Positions 46,257 through 55,998 of a stretch of 64,000 nt of DNA are shown one piece after another. The notes under the pieces are model-generated. The model saw only the letters and a list, made by a program, of their open reading frames with translations. It made no database searches and had not been told where the DNA came from. This stretch comes from Actinomycetota bacterium (GTDB lineage: Bacteria; Actinomycetota; Actinomycetes; Actinomycetales; Microbacteriaceae). Position numbers and translations under genes: made by a program. The stretch's first letter is position 1; each line of letters opens with the position of its first letter. The stretch lies in NCBI GenBank assembly GCA_039799865.1, contig JBDLRV010000046.1, forward strand, positions 9,068-73,067. Reading direction: 5' to 3'.

Positions 46257-46410
46257 CTGTCCTTCTCTCAGCTTTGACCGCCAGCCAAGCAATCAAAATG
46301 AAATATTGGCTTAATTCCAAACAAACCAGCGGCTAACTGACTCACAATACCTCTAACTACCTTCTAACCTAGTGGCAGTTCGTTAACCAAGTAAACGGAG
46401 GTAGGCGGAA

Positions 46411-47472
46411 GTGGGATTTTTAGCCCGCAGAGCTGCAAAGACCCAAGAGCCTCAGTTTGATGCTTTTGAGCAAGTCGCCGCTCAGGTGGTTGACGTTATT
46501 GCAACCGCCGGAGTTGTTCTAGACCAGGGCGATATGGTCCTCCGTGCATCTCCAGGTGCAATTCAGTTTGGTCTTATTAACGGAAAGAGACTTGTTCATA
46601 AACCACTGATTGAACTGGTGGATCGAGCGCGTAAAACATCCGGTGCAGTATCAATTGATGTTGAGCTCGAAGCTGGACTCAACAAGGATCCAGTGTGGGT
46701 GCATGCCAGGGCTGCCAAGTTCAGTGAGCGCTACGTGATGCTTCTGATTGATGATCTAACCGAAGCCAAGAAGCTTGAAGAAACAAGAAGAGACTTCGTC
46801 GCTAATGTCTCTCATGAACTAAAAACCCCGATTGGTGCAATCAGTCTTCTTTCTGAAGCAATCGCTGGGGCAAAAGGGGATCCAGTTGCGATAGAGAAGT
46901 TCGCGGAATCCTTGCAGAAAGAATCGCAAAGGTTAGCCAACATCGTTCAGGAACTGATCCAGCTATCGCGAGTCCAAGGTGCAAACCTGTCTGAAACTAT
47001 CGAAGAAATCGATCTTGCAACGGTAATCGCTGACGCAGTGGATAGAAATCAAACTCTTGCCAATCGTCGCGGTGTAAAGCTTGCCAGCACGGCCGACGTT
47101 TCGGTAAAGATTCAAGGCGACTACGAGATGCTTGTAACTGCGGTTAGAAACCTGATTGAAAATGCAATTGTTTACTCCGAACCAAACAGTCAGGTCGGTG
47201 TTGGCCTCAGGGTTGTCGATGACGTGGCGGAGATTTCAGTTACCGACTCCGGACTTGGAATTCCAGAGAGCGAACAGGAAAGAATCTTTGAGCGTTTCTA
47301 TCGGGTAGACCCCTCTCGCTCAAGAGAAACGGGAGGAACGGGACTGGGCCTTTCCATCGTCAAGCACGCCGCCTACCACCACCGCGGTGAGATAAAGCTT
47401 TTTTCAAAACCAGGAGTGGGCTCAACCTTCACTCTGCGACTACCAATCAATAAGAAAGAGGAACTCCAATGA
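46411..47472 (+). CDS. senX3: SenX3-like sensor histidine kinase
   Basis: FVANVSHELKTP, NLIENA, DSGLGI, FERFYR, GGTGLGL; phoU-senX3-regX3 synteny. Confidence 0.88.
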   Translation: MGFLARRAAKTQEPQFDAFEQVAAQVVDVIATAGVVLDQGDMVLRASPGAIQFGLINGKRLVHKPLIELVDRARKTSGAVSIDVELEAGLNKDPVWVHARAAKFSERYVMLLIDDLTEAKKLEETRRDFVANVSHELKTPIGAISLLSEAIAGAKGDPVAIEKFAESLQKESQRLANIVQELIQLSRVQGANLSETIEEIDLATVIADAVDRNQTLANRRGVKLASTADVSVKIQGDYEMLVTAVRNLIENAIVYSEPNSQVGVGLRVVDDVAEISVTDSGLGIPESEQERIFERFYRVDPSRSRETGGTGLGLSIVKHAAYHHRGEIKLFSKPGVGSTFTLRLPINKKEELQ

Positions 47473-48152
47473 CTCGTGTTCTAGTGGTTGAGGATGAGCC
47501 AAACCTTAGGGAACCACTTGTCTATTTGCTTCAGAAAGAAGGCTACGAAGTCAGTGAAGCCGAGGATGGCAACAAAGCCATAAGCGAGTTTCGCTCATCC
47601 AACATCGATCTGATTTTGCTCGATCTGATGCTTCCTGGAATTTCTGGAAATGAAGTGTGTCGAATAATTCGAGCCGAGAGCCAAGTTCCAATCATCATGA
47701 TTACCGCCAAAGACACCGAGATTGACAAGGTGGTAGGACTTGAAATCGGAGCCGATGACTATGTAACTAAGCCCTACTCAACCAGAGAGCTTCTCGCACG
47801 CATGAAAGCAGTACTGCGCAGGGGAGCGGAACCAAACGCTTCAACTGACTCTGGAATTCTCAGAGCCGGACCAGTTGTGATGGATCTGGACCGTCACACC
47901 GTGAGTGTCAATGGCGAGCAAATTCAGATGCCGCTGAAGGAATTTGAGCTGCTTGAGTTGCTAATTGAAAATGTGAATCGAGTTCTAACCCGAGGTCAAA
48001 TTATTGACCGGGTTTGGGGAAGTAACTACTTCGGTGACACAAAGACCCTGGATGTTCACGTGAAGAGAGTCCGATCAAAAATCGAAGAGGACCCATCAAG
48101 ACCAAAGCACCTACTGACTGTTAGGGGCCTGGGTTACAAATTCGAGGCTTAG
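47469..48152 (+). CDS. regX3: RegX3-like response regulator
   Basis: LDLMLPG, TAKD.EIDKVVGLE.GADDY, MPLKEFELL, GDTKTLDVHVKR. Confidence 0.92.
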   Translation: MTRVLVVEDEPNLREPLVYLLQKEGYEVSEAEDGNKAISEFRSSNIDLILLDLMLPGISGNEVCRIIRAESQVPIIMITAKDTEIDKVVGLEIGADDYVTKPYSTRELLARMKAVLRRGAEPNASTDSGILRAGPVVMDLDRHTVSVNGEQIQMPLKEFELLELLIENVNRVLTRGQIIDRVWGSNYFGDTKTLDVHVKRVRSKIEEDPSRPKHLLTVRGLGYKFEA

Positions 48153-48613
48153 TCGATGAAAGGACGGTATTCCTCTAGGGTTCCGTCCAAAATCGGCACC
48201 AGCATTTGTGCTGGATCACCAGTAACTCTCAGATAGACCGGGTGCATTGAGCCAGGTAGTTCGGTCAAAGTGAGTTCTTTTCCTTCGGTTCCGTTATAAC
48301 CAAGATCAAACTTGCTTCCGCCCTCAATGCTCACCTCGGTAATTACCACTTCACCATTTGAATCCATGGTCTCAAGCTGGGCATTTACCGTTTCACCGGT
48401 TGCATTAATAAAGGAACCAATCAAGACTGCGTTGCCCTTGCCATCGGAGACAAACAAAACGTTACGAGCTTTGATCTCTGGCAGATCTATCTGAACTCCA
48501 TCACTGGGGGAGTATGGGTCAAGGGAGGCAACCTCTCGGGAAAGCGAGCAGCCAGTTAGAGCAAAAATAGTCAAAACGGCAGCCATTGCTGCGAGAAGCT
48601 TCTTGGATTTCAA
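48149..48613 (-). CDS. Conserved lipoprotein divergent from carD (LpqE-like position)
   Basis: Lipobox LTGC; Y.PSDG..ARN..VPILDGTL.EY. Confidence 0.75.
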   Translation of the reverse strand: MKSKKLLAAMAAVLTIFALTGCSLSREVASLDPYSPSDGVQIDLPEIKARNVLFVSDGKGNAVLIGSFINATGETVNAQLETMDSNGEVVITEVSIEGGSKFDLGYNGTEGKELTLTELPGSMHPVYLRVTGDPAQMLVPILDGTLEEYRPFID

Positions 48614-48665
48614 CGGTCCTCCGGGGCCTTACACCCCCTAGTTTAGCTAGGAAGATAAGTGGCCC

Positions 48666-48676
48666 TGTGGTAAAAT
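48666..48676 (+). promoter_or_regulatory. Extended -10 promoter of carD
   Basis: TGTGGTAAAAT ending 26 nt upstream of the carD ATG. Confidence 0.55.
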
Positions 48677-48702
48677 TGGGGGTTTGGAGCTGAGAGAATC
48701 CC

Positions 48703-49185
48703 ATGAAGTTTGAAGTTGGCGAGACCGTCGTCTATCCCCACCACGGAGCCGCAGAAATTATCGAAGTTTCTGAGAAGAAAATCCGCGGTGTCAAGCAAAA
48801 GTATCTCAAGCTCAAAGTTGCCCAGGGCGATCTAATCATTCAGGTGCCAGCCGCAAATGTCGAGATGGTTGGTGTGCGTGATGTCATCGATAAGAAGGGC
48901 GTCAAGCAGGTCTTTGATGTTTTGCGTGCTGAGTTCGTTGAAGAGCCAACCAACTGGTCCCGCCGCTACAAGGCAAATCTGGAAAAGCTAGCCAGCGGTG
49001 ACGTGGTCAAGGTTTCGGAAGTGGTGCGTGATCTCTGGAGACGCGACCAGGACAGAGGCCTTTCAGCCGGTGAAAAGCGCATGCTTGCCAAGGCCCGTCA
49101 AATACTTATTTCCGAGCTGGCCCTTGCCAGAAAAGTGGATGAGGAAAAAGCCTCAGCCGAGCTCGACAAGGTATTGGCCAGCTAG
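48703..49185 (+). CDS. carD: CarD RNA-polymerase-binding transcription factor
   Basis: [42 protein letters not shown]. Confidence 0.96.
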   Translation: MKFEVGETVVYPHHGAAEIIEVSEKKIRGVKQKYLKLKVAQGDLIIQVPAANVEMVGVRDVIDKKGVKQVFDVLRAEFVEEPTNWSRRYKANLEKLASGDVVKVSEVVRDLWRRDQDRGLSAGEKRMLAKARQILISELALARKVDEEKASAELDKVLAS

Positions 49186-49188
49186 CTC

Positions 49189-50307
49189 ATGTCAGTTGCG
49201 GTGGTATTAGTTGCCGCCGGTAAAGGGACAAGACTCGGTGCCGGTCAGCCAAAGGCTGCAACTACGGTAGCGGGTAAATCACTTCTCGAACTTTCCCTGA
49301 TGCACATATCCGAGTTCAAACCAGATCAGCTGGTTGTTGTTGCGCCAAGTGAACTGCTAACTGAATTCACTCGCCTAACTTCAAAGTTCTTCGATGACTT
49401 CAAAGTTGTTGTGGGCGGAGAAACCAGGCAGGACTCAGTTGCTAATGGCGTTGCAGAGGTAACTACCGAATACGTTTTGGTTCATGACGCGGCTAGAGCT
49501 TTTACCCCAAAAGAAGTTTTTGAAAGAGTGCTGGTAGCACTTAGGGATGCCGAGAGCGTTGTTCCTGCCATAAACCCTGCAGACACGGTCAAAGAAATAT
49601 CTGAAAACTGGGTTCACCACACTCTCGATCGAAGCAAGCTGAGAATGATTCAGACCCCGCAGGGTTTCAGAGTAAAAACGCTTCGTGAAAGTTTTGACAA
49701 GGCCGAAGGAAACTTCACCGACGAGGCCGGGCTTCTTGAATCTCTGGGCATTCGCACAGCCGTCGTCGATGGCCATGAGCATGGATTTAAGATCACCTAT
49801 CCTTCTGATCTGGAGCGAGCAAGGGCGATCTTCACCGATGTCCGAAGCGGTATTGGTGCAGATGCCCATCATTTTGGAACTCAGGGAACTCTGATGCTCG
49901 GCTGCCTTGAGTGGCCAGAGCACCCAAGACTCGTTGGTCACTCCGATGGCGACTCAGTGGCTCACGCCGTGGTGGACGCACTGCTTTCAGCCGCCGGCCT
50001 TGGCGATATTGGTTCAAACTTTGGAACCGATAGAAATGAATATGCGGGAGCATCCGGAGAGCGCTTCATCTCAGAAACGCTAAGCCTGTTAGCCAAGGCA
50101 GGGTTTGTTCCAGCCAATGTTTCGGTGCAGATCATTGCTGAAAAACCCAAGATTTCGCCTAGACGATTGGAACTTGAGCACCACCTATCCGAGGTAGTGG
50201 GTGCGCCGGTTTCGGTTCTGGCAACCACAACCGATGGCCTTGGCTTCCTGGCTGATTCACGAGGCATTGCCGCAGTGGCAACGGCCTTGGTGAGAACCCA
50301 AAGCTAG
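49189..50307 (+). CDS. ispDF: Bifunctional IspD/IspF (MEP pathway)
   Basis: AAGKGTRLG, TRQDSV, VHDAAR, QTPQGF, KITYP.DL, then G.DAH and GHSDGD..AHA..DALLSAAGLGDIG. Confidence 0.92.
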   Translation: MSVAVVLVAAGKGTRLGAGQPKAATTVAGKSLLELSLMHISEFKPDQLVVVAPSELLTEFTRLTSKFFDDFKVVVGGETRQDSVANGVAEVTTEYVLVHDAARAFTPKEVFERVLVALRDAESVVPAINPADTVKEISENWVHHTLDRSKLRMIQTPQGFRVKTLRESFDKAEGNFTDEAGLLESLGIRTAVVDGHEHGFKITYPSDLERARAIFTDVRSGIGADAHHFGTQGTLMLGCLEWPEHPRLVGHSDGDSVAHAVVDALLSAAGLGDIGSNFGTDRNEYAGASGERFISETLSLLAKAGFVPANVSVQIIAEKPKISPRRLELEHHLSEVVGAPVSVLATTTDGLGFLADSRGIAAVATALVRTQS

Positions 50308-50317
50308 GCTTTTTATC

Positions 50318-51706
50318 ATGATGCTGTTCGACACCCACTCGGGTGAACTGCGGGATTTCACGCCTTTACATAAGGGCAAGGTCAGCCTTTACGTCTGCGG
50401 TCCAACAGTTCAATCAGCTCCACACATCGGGCACCTTCGATCAGCTTTGGTCTATGACCTGCTGGTTCGCTGGCTTTCTCACACTGGCCATCAAGTAACG
50501 CTCATAAGAAATGTCACCGACATAGATGACAAGGTTTTGGAAAAAGCCCAAGAGCTGGGTAGGAACTGGTGGGAATTAGCCTTTGAAAACGAGCAGCTGT
50601 TTTCGGCTGACTACCATCGACTCGGACTTATTTCTCCGCAGCTTGAGCCAAGGGCAACGGGCCACATCCCGCAGATGATTGCTCTTATTGAGCAGCTGAT
50701 TGAAAAGGGTCACGCCTATCAGGTCGGCGGCTCCGTCTACTTCGATACTGCCTCTTGGCCCAGCTACGGTGAGCTAACCAATCAGGATTTAGCCGATGTT
50801 GAATCCGAGGAAAAATTAGAGGGTAAAAAGGCTCAGCAAGACTTTGCTCTGTGGAAGGCTCATAAGCCAAATGAGCCGGCCACGGCTAGCTGGGATTCAC
50901 CATTTGGAAGGGGAAGACCTGGCTGGCACATCGAATGCTCTGCCATGTCCTCCCACTATCTGGGTGAAGAGTTTGATATTCACGGCGGTGGACTCGATCT
51001 TCGATTCCCACACCACGAAAACGAATTGGCTCAGTCCAAGGCCGCAGGGCAAAAGTTTGCTCGCCTCTGGATTCACAATGGTCTAGTGACGGTAGCCGGA
51101 CAGAAGATGTCTAAGTCAGTGGGAAACACCGTCAGTAGCTCAGAGCTATTTGCACTGGCAACACCGATGGTGGTTCGCTACTACCTAGCAAGTGCACACT
51201 ACCGCTCAGTGCTTGATTACCAGCAGAGCGTGCTCGCTGAAGCTGCCGCAGCTCTTGAGCGAATGCATCTGTTTTTAGAGAGAGCTGCTAGGGAACTGAG
51301 CGAGACGCAGTTTGCTGAAATGGACCTTGAAGCAAAACTGCCCGAGGACTTTGTTTCGCACATGGACGATGATTTGAACATTCCAGCGGCGCTCGCGGTA
51401 ATCCACGAGACTGTGACTGAGGGAAATAGAGAACTTGATGAGAATCAGTGGAGAGAAGCAGCTACACACCGCTCACAGGTCAATCAAATGCTTTCAGTTC
51501 TAGGTCTTGCCCCTTACCAGTGGCCGCAGGCGCAGAGTGAAGAGCACAGAGCTCTTGATCTCTTGGTCAAGGACTTGATTCAAAAACGAGAGGCAGCTCG
51601 AGGAGAAAAGAACTTTGAGCTTGCGGATCAGATTAGAAAGCAGCTCGAGCAGAGCGGCATTGAACTTTTTGATTCTCCAAGTGGAACACACTGGGGCATT
51701 CGCTAA
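50318..51706 (+). CDS. cysS: Cysteinyl-tRNA synthetase
   Basis: YVCGPT..HIGH, GRPGWHIECSAM, FPHHENE, KMSKS. Confidence 0.96.
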   Translation: MMLFDTHSGELRDFTPLHKGKVSLYVCGPTVQSAPHIGHLRSALVYDLLVRWLSHTGHQVTLIRNVTDIDDKVLEKAQELGRNWWELAFENEQLFSADYHRLGLISPQLEPRATGHIPQMIALIEQLIEKGHAYQVGGSVYFDTASWPSYGELTNQDLADVESEEKLEGKKAQQDFALWKAHKPNEPATASWDSPFGRGRPGWHIECSAMSSHYLGEEFDIHGGGLDLRFPHHENELAQSKAAGQKFARLWIHNGLVTVAGQKMSKSVGNTVSSSELFALATPMVVRYYLASAHYRSVLDYQQSVLAEAAAALERMHLFLERAARELSETQFAEMDLEAKLPEDFVSHMDDDLNIPAALAVIHETVTEGNRELDENQWREAATHRSQVNQMLSVLGLAPYQWPQAQSEEHRALDLLVKDLIQKREAARGEKNFELADQIRKQLEQSGIELFDSPSGTHWGIR

Positions 51707-52614
51707 TGGCTGGCAAGAAGCCGAAGGGAACCGGCGGTCACGGTAGAAAAGCTCTGAAGGGGAAAGGCCCAACTCCCAAGGCGGAGGATCGCCCGTATCA
51801 CAAGGCCTACAAGTCCAAGCAGACCAAGACAACCAAGGCTCCAAGGCAAGCTCGTCCAAGAACCAAGAAACCAACCACCCACGAGATTGTCTCGGGAAGA
51901 AATTCGGTGGTCGAGGCTCTTCGGGCAAAGATTCCTGCCACAGCTTTGTTCATTGCGCAAAAAGTAGAAATTGACGACAGAGTCCGCGAAGCAATTGCGC
52001 TGGCCAATAATCGCGGAATTCCGGTCGGAGAGGTAACCAGATCAGAGATTGATCGCATGACTGGCGGCGACTTTGTCAATCAAGGGATTGCTCTGCAGGT
52101 TCCCAACTATCAATACATCGAAGCCAGTGAGTTACTAGACAGAGCGCTCTCTAAATCTTCAGCTCCTTTGATTGTGGCGCTTGATGGAATTACGGATCCT
52201 AGAAATTTAGGAGCGATTATTCGGTCTGCCGCTGCTTTTGGTGCCCACGGAATAGTCCTTCCGCAAAGAAGAAGCGTTGGAGTAACGGCCAGCGCTTGGA
52301 AGACCTCGGCCGGTGCTGCCGCCAGGATGCCCGTAGCAATGGCACCAAATTTGAATCAGGTTATTTCTGAATACAAAAAGAGGGGCTTGTTCATCATCGG
52401 TCTCGATGGCGACGGTGATGTTTCGCTGACTGACTTTAAACTCTCAGATTCTCCGCTGCTACTCATAGTCGGCTCAGAGGGCAAGGGATTGTCTCGATTA
52501 GTTAGTGAAAGCTGCGACCAGATTGTCAGTATTCCAATTGGCTCGAAAGTCGAATCCCTGAATGCGGGAATTGCTGTCTCTGTTGCTCTATACAAGATCT
52601 CGAGCTCGCGCTAG
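51706..52614 (+). CDS. rlmB: 23S rRNA Gm2251 methyltransferase
   Basis: GRNSVVEAL, DPRNLGAIIRS, GSEGKG, ESLNA (SPOUT). Confidence 0.93.
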   Translation: MAGKKPKGTGGHGRKALKGKGPTPKAEDRPYHKAYKSKQTKTTKAPRQARPRTKKPTTHEIVSGRNSVVEALRAKIPATALFIAQKVEIDDRVREAIALANNRGIPVGEVTRSEIDRMTGGDFVNQGIALQVPNYQYIEASELLDRALSKSSAPLIVALDGITDPRNLGAIIRSAAAFGAHGIVLPQRRSVGVTASAWKTSAGAAARMPVAMAPNLNQVISEYKKRGLFIIGLDGDGDVSLTDFKLSDSPLLLIVGSEGKGLSRLVSESCDQIVSIPIGSKVESLNAGIAVSVALYKISSSR

Positions 52615-53921
52615 ACCTTATCTCTCCAGTCACCCTCTTCATCATCAGCTGAATCAATCAGTCCCGTTGGAATGGGTTCGGGTAAAACAATTCCGTTAGT
52701 GAAGGTGCTTGTGCCGAGGTAGGAAGCCTCATCTCTTCGATTGCTCAGCACATCAGATGCATAGGAGCGCACAGCCTCTAGCAGACTGACATCTTTGCCC
52801 GCCTTTTCTGACTTGTGCAGACGATGCTCAAGGACCTCGTGAAAAATCTCGGCAGGCTCTAATTTGCCCATCAGCTCCTGGGGGATAGCACTAATGACTG
52901 GCTCGTAGACATTGGAGAGCCACTCGTGAGCCATCACTTCCTCATCGGCTCCGGGTCTTGCATTGCTGAGCTTGTACTGATCTATGTCATTGAGCAGTCT
53001 TCTAGCCTGGTTCTCCTCAACATCAAGACCGGTTAGAAGTAGCAGTCTCCTGGCGTGATGACCCGCATCAACCACCTTGGGTTGAATCTTGACCGTCTGA
53101 CCAACCTGGTCTTGGGTCATGGATAGTTCTTCAATATCAAAGCCAAGTTCATTAAGTCTTTGAACTCTTCTGCTAATCCGCCATCTTTCAGAAGCGTCAA
53201 AGACTTCGGTGGCGGTCAGTTCTTTCCATAGGTCTCGATACTTATCGACAATTCGCTGACTTACCTGAACCGGATCAATCTCAGTGGCCTTTCCAGAGGC
53301 AAGCAGGTCCATAAGCTCACCTGCAATATTCACCCTGGCAATCTCCAGATCGTTTTCCCTTTGGCCATTAGAAAGTTTTCCGTCATAGAGCTGTCCTGTT
53401 TCGGCATCAACCAAATAGGCTGCGAACTTTCCGGCATCCCTTCTAAATAGGGTGTTTGACAGCGAAACATCACCCCAGAAAAATCCAACCAGGTGTAGTC
53501 GAACTAGTAACAGTGCCAGGGCATCGACCAGTCGCTTCGCTGTTTGTTCCCGAAGCCCCTGAGACCACATTGCTCGATAGGGGAGGGAGAACTTCAGGTG
53601 TCGGGTAATCAGAACAGCTGGTAGCTCGTTACCTGCTAAATCAAAACGGTTGGCGATGATCGCAAAGGGTTCAACACACGGGACATCTAGTTTTTCCAGC
53701 TTGCGCAGCATCTCGTATTCGCGTTTTGCTAGATCCAGCAAGGTTTCTTTGATTGCAATAACGTGCTCGCCTAGGTGAGCAAACCTAACGGTGTGACGAG
53801 AAAGACCCTTGGGCAGGGCAGCGATTGTGCTCGTTGGCCAATCAACTAACGGCAAATGCCACGGCAGATCCAGCAGGGCCGGTTCTGCCGTGGCAGCCGT
53901 AATGTTCAGGCTTGGAGCCAT
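52611..53921 (-). CDS. DUF4032 domain kinase-like protein
   Basis: LPKGLSRH.VRF, LHL.GFFWGDVSLSNTLFRRDAG..AAYLVDAETG. Confidence 0.85.
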   Translation of the reverse strand: MAPSLNITAATAEPALLDLPWHLPLVDWPTSTIAALPKGLSRHTVRFAHLGEHVIAIKETLLDLAKREYEMLRKLEKLDVPCVEPFAIIANRFDLAGNELPAVLITRHLKFSLPYRAMWSQGLREQTAKRLVDALALLLVRLHLVGFFWGDVSLSNTLFRRDAGKFAAYLVDAETGQLYDGKLSNGQRENDLEIARVNIAGELMDLLASGKATEIDPVQVSQRIVDKYRDLWKELTATEVFDASERWRISRRVQRLNELGFDIEELSMTQDQVGQTVKIQPKVVDAGHHARRLLLLTGLDVEENQARRLLNDIDQYKLSNARPGADEEVMAHEWLSNVYEPVISAIPQELMGKLEPAEIFHEVLEHRLHKSEKAGKDVSLLEAVRSYASDVLSNRRDEASYLGTSTFTNGIVLPEPIPTGLIDSADDEEGDWRDKV

Positions 53922-53924
53922 CAA

Positions 53925-54998
53925 TTAGTTAAGGCGCTCGCCACTTTCCACATCGAAGACGTGGACAGAGTCCTTATCGGCGTGCAGGTGAACCTTCTCA
54001 CCGGCACGTGGGTGGCTAATGGGGTCTACGCGAACAACGATGTTCTGCTCTGATCCATCGAGGTGTGCGCGTCCATAAAGGAATCCATCGCTACCAAGTT
54101 CTTCAACCAGGTCAACATCAACCACCAGGCCGTGAGATGCAGGTGTCAGCTTCTCGGGTCTAATTCCAACCGTGACCTTCTTGGCACTGGTCTTTGACAA
54201 AACGCTTCTGTCGATCGGTAGTAACTCATCGCCAAACTGCACGCCACCTTCAACGATTGGAAGCTGGAGCAGGTTCATGGCCGGAGATCCGATGAAGCCA
54301 GCTACGAATACGTTTTGTGGCTTGTCATACAGAGCACGTGGAGAATCAACCTGCTGAAGTAGACCATCCTTCAAAACCGCTACGCGGTCACCCATGGTCA
54401 TAGCTTCAACCTGGTCGTGGGTCACATAGACGGTGGTAACGCCCAGTCTTCTCTGAAGCGCAGCGATCTGAGTTCTGGTCTGTACGCGAAGCTTTGCATC
54501 AAGGTTTGATAGTGGCTCATCCATCAGGAACACCTGTGGGTTACGCACAATCGCACGTCCCATGGCTACACGCTGACGCTGCCCACCGGAGAGTGCCTTT
54601 GGCTTTCTGTTTAGGTATGGCTCAAGATCCAATAGCTTTGCTGCCTCGAGCACACGAGCAGCACGCTCGTCCTTGTTGACACCTGCAATCTTCAGTGCGA
54701 ATCCCATGTTCTCCGCAACTGTCATGTGTGGGTAGAGGGCGTAGTTCTGGAAAACCATGGCGATATCTCGGTCCTTGGGTGGAACGTCGGTGACATCGCG
54801 GTCTCCGATATAGATTGCCCCTTCGTTTACTTCTTCAAGTCCTGCCAGCATTCTTAGCGAGGTGGACTTTCCGCATCCCGATGGGCCTACCAAAACCAGA
54901 AACTCGCCATCCCTAATTTCTAGGTCTAGCTTGTCTACAGCTGGCTTGTTTCCGCCTGGATAGAGGCGAGTTGCGCTCTTAAATGACACTGATGCCAT
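53925..54998 (-). CDS. msiK: Multiple-sugar ABC transporter ATP-binding protein MsiK
   Basis: GPSGCGKST, MVFQNYALYPHM, LSGGQRQR, MDEPLSNLDAKLR; ATG at 54998. Confidence 0.93.
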   Translation of the reverse strand: MASVSFKSATRLYPGGNKPAVDKLDLEIRDGEFLVLVGPSGCGKSTSLRMLAGLEEVNEGAIYIGDRDVTDVPPKDRDIAMVFQNYALYPHMTVAENMGFALKIAGVNKDERAARVLEAAKLLDLEPYLNRKPKALSGGQRQRVAMGRAIVRNPQVFLMDEPLSNLDAKLRVQTRTQIAALQRRLGVTTVYVTHDQVEAMTMGDRVAVLKDGLLQQVDSPRALYDKPQNVFVAGFIGSPAMNLLQLPIVEGGVQFGDELLPIDRSVLSKTSAKKVTVGIRPEKLTPASHGLVVDVDLVEELGSDGFLYGRAHLDGSEQNIVVRVDPISHPRAGEKVHLHADKDSVHVFDVESGERLN

Positions 54999-55048
54999 GA
55001 TTTTCCCTTCACCGGCAGGTACGTGCCGGACGATCCGTAGTGATGGTC
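54999..55048 (-). ncRNA. msiK RNA motif (cis-regulatory)
   Basis: Minus strand CACTACGGATCGTCCGGCACGTACCTGCCGGTGAAGGG directly upstream of msiK, matching the actinobacterial msiK motif; CCGGCA/TGCCGG stem next to the RBS. Confidence 0.85.
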
Positions 55049-55131
55049 CTGCCCGAAGACAGGTGTAACCAGTATCCCACCTACTACTTAGAATGGTGGG
55101 GTTGTAATCAACCCGATAACTAGGGAGTCCT

Positions 55132-55974
55132 GTGAACCAGAAGCCAACCCGCTCCGAGCAGCGAGAAGCAGCCAGGGCCAAGGCCCGCGAACTTCGCACC
55201 GAAAATGCCAAGAAGGAAAAGCGCAACAAGCTGCTAATTCAGGTCTCGGTGGTTTTAGTGGCCCTAGGTATCGTCGGCGGCATTGGAACAGTGATTGCCC
55301 TAGAGGCGGCCAATCGGGCCGATGCACCTGAGGTTTCCGAAGTGCCTGAGAACCTAACTGCGCTTGGGGGACTCAAGATGGGAATAGGTCTGCAGGCATT
55401 TACCCAGACCAAAACTCCAACTGCCGATGCAGGCGGAGATATTCCAGAGATTGTTGTCTACGTCGACTACCAGTGCCCAATCTGTCAGGCATTTGATATC
55501 CCTAACAATCCCCAGCTCAGATCTTGGACAGACACTGGTGCGGCAACACTTGAAATCAGACCAATTTCATTCCTAGACCGTGCATCACTGAAAGAGTATT
55601 CATCGCGTGCAGCAAATGCGGCTTTTTGTGTAGCTAACTTTGCACCAGATTCGTTCTTCGACTTCCATGAGTCAATGATGCTAAAGCAGCCAGCAGAAGG
55701 TACCGAAGGTCCTTCCAACGACGAGCTCTACGAACTAGCCGTAAAGAGCGGAGCGGAATCTCAGCAGATCAAGGGCTGCATTCAGAACAAGAGTTTTGCC
55801 GAGTATGTAGCCCAGCACACACAGAACGTTTTGAATGAGCCACAGCAGGGAATTACCGTTTCTGGAACTCCAACTGTTTTGGTTAATGGAAAGCAATACA
55901 CCTGGACAACCGGAGAAGAGCTGGTTTCACCTGACAACTTCGCCGAGTTCGTGCAGGCTGTCACTGCCAAGTAA
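55132..55974 (+). CDS. Membrane-anchored DsbA-like thioredoxin-fold protein
   Basis: TM anchor; YVDYQCPIC, SSRAANAA.CVA, GTPT. Confidence 0.88.
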   Translation: MNQKPTRSEQREAARAKARELRTENAKKEKRNKLLIQVSVVLVALGIVGGIGTVIALEAANRADAPEVSEVPENLTALGGLKMGIGLQAFTQTKTPTADAGGDIPEIVVYVDYQCPICQAFDIPNNPQLRSWTDTGAATLEIRPISFLDRASLKEYSSRAANAAFCVANFAPDSFFDFHESMMLKQPAEGTEGPSNDELYELAVKSGAESQQIKGCIQNKSFAEYVAQHTQNVLNEPQQGITVSGTPTVLVNGKQYTWTTGEELVSPDNFAEFVQAVTAK

Positions 55975-55998
55975 GAACAGCTGCTTTGTGAAGAGTTT

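Noticed and set aside
49189-50307. IspD-IspF fusion as a novelty
   Set aside because: Bifunctional IspDF is well documented in several bacterial groups.
54999-55229. N-terminal extension of MsiK in the ORF track
   Set aside because: It overlaps the msiK RNA motif and the divergent DsbA gene; homology begins at MASVSF (54998).
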